In this document: positions 63,066-64,000 of the stretch, one piece after another | How the letters are laid out: each line of letters opens with the position of its first letter | Position numbering within the stretch: the first letter of the stretch is position 1 | NCBI GenBank assembly: GCA_036785375.1 | Contig: JAWMAR010000210.1 | Location: 3,224,001-3,288,000, forward strand | Length of the DNA stretch: 64,000 nt | DNA from: Leucoraja ocellata | Taxonomy: Eukaryota | Reading direction: 5' to 3' | Translations under genes and position numbers: made by a program | The notes under the pieces: generated by a model | Told to the model about the DNA's origin: nothing | Databases searched by the model: none | The model's input: the letters and a program-made list of their open reading frames with translations, nothing else

Positions 63066-63286
63066 AGATAGACACGAAAAGCTGGAGGAATGCAGCGAGT
63101 CAGGCACCATCTGTGGTGGAAAGGAAAAGGTGACGTTTCGGGTCGAGACCCTTCTTCAGACACAAAGCCTTGACCCGAAATGTCATCTATTCCTTTTCTC
63201 CAGAGATGCTGTCTGACCCGCTGATTTACTCCAGTTTGTTGTGTCTATCTTCGGTTCAAACTGTAACTGCAGTTCCTTCCTACACA
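63066..63286. mobile_element. Fold-back Penelope-derived element with 12-bp TSD
   Basis: TSD atatatttccaa at 63054-63065 and 63287-63298; arms invert at ~63160-63170. Confidence 0.87.
63132..63159 (-). ncRNA. Minimal hammerhead ribozyme core (perfect copy, antisense to TMEFF2)
   Basis: Reverse complement reads CTGAAGAAGGGTCTCGACCCGAAACGTC. Confidence 0.68.
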
Positions 63287-64000
63287 ATATATTTCCAAGT
63301 CAGGATGTTGTGTGACTTGGAGTGCAATTTCCAGGTTGTGGTGTTCCCATGCATTTGATTCCCTTGCTCTTCTCGCTGATAAAGATGGTGGGTTTGGAAG
63401 ATAAGCGGTCTCAGTGAATTGTTGCAGTGCATCCTTCAAATGGTACAAAGTGATACCATTATGTAACCGTCGGTATTGGAGTGAGAGAGTGGTTGTGGAT
63501 GAGGTGCATATCAAGCGGGCTGCTATGTCCTGAATGATGTTGAGCTGCTTGAGTTTGAAGCTATACTTGTTCAGGCAAGTATACTTGTTCAGGCAATTAT
63601 TTCCTTCGCTCCATAGATGCTGCAGCACCCGCTGAGTTTCTCCAGCATTTTTGTGTACCTTCCAGGCAAGTATACTGTTGGTGTGCCTTATATTGTATAT
63701 GCTAATACAGGTGTAGATGGAAGCTGGCAACCTTCTTGGTCTCTGTGGGTTACTGCTCACAACTACAATTAATATTACCTAAATGCTGAGCTCTCCAAAT
63801 GCTTCGTAATGAATTGTAATGGAATAATTATATTAGAAGATTGTACTTTCTTTATTATATCTAAAATATATTGTTCTGATTGGAATGAAGGAGACTCCAC
63901 ATCTTCAAAATGAATAATTATGTGTCTAGAATAATTCAGTGATTATCATTTATTCCACCCTACTAAAAGCTTGCTAACTCCAGAATGCAAGACCCTTGTG

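Larger units (their letters stand above)
62885..63740 (-). mobile_element. Old L2/CR1-group LINE 3' fragment hosting two Penelope-derived insertions
   Basis: Peptide LKQLNIIQDIAARLI; continuity across the TSD at 63054/63287; similar relic at ~47915-48345. Confidence 0.6.

Noticed and set aside
336-63358. Recurrent short ORFs with WSNSAGQAAS / VTFRVETLLQT peptides suggesting a peptide family
   Set aside because: Translations of the non-coding Penelope-derived repeat in various frames, with no consistent start or stop.
21742-64000. TMEFF2 exon 5 onward (expected ..STCDICQFGAECDED..)
   Set aside because: Not seen in the ORF track or by eye; probably beyond the window. A tBLASTn would be needed to exclude a missed short exon.

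Overview
Eukaryotic, repeat-rich vertebrate DNA. The repeat set (HE1/V-SINE-type tRNA SINEs, HER1/CR1 LINEs, Penelope-derived short elements, DeuSINE-like relics) points to a cartilaginous fish, probably a skate or ray (inference). The only host gene I can support is the 5' half of TMEFF2 (tomoregulin-2) on the + strand: a CpG-island promoter (~17.7-21.3 kb) and coding exons at 19377-19530, 20795-20904, 21072-21201 and 21715-21741 (27-nt microexon). A >42-kb intron follows, and I did not find exon 5 in the window. Most other ORFs in the track are transposon fragments or noise. Transposons include a 5'-truncated, frameshifted Penelope-like element (RT + GIY-YIG, - strand, ~13349-15240), CR1, Rex1/Babar, RTE, L2-like and HERO-like LINE fragments, and PIF/Harbinger-type MITEs. 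The most notable pattern is about 20 short Penelope-terminal-repeat elements carrying a minimal hammerhead ribozyme (CTGAAGA-A-GGGT-nnnn-ACCC-GAAA-CGTC). Many are fold-back insertions that turn at the ribozyme, and several have 12-15 bp TSDs. Inside the TMEFF2 intron, the perfect ribozyme cores I found are all antisense. All family assignments come from reading motifs by eye, not from database searches.
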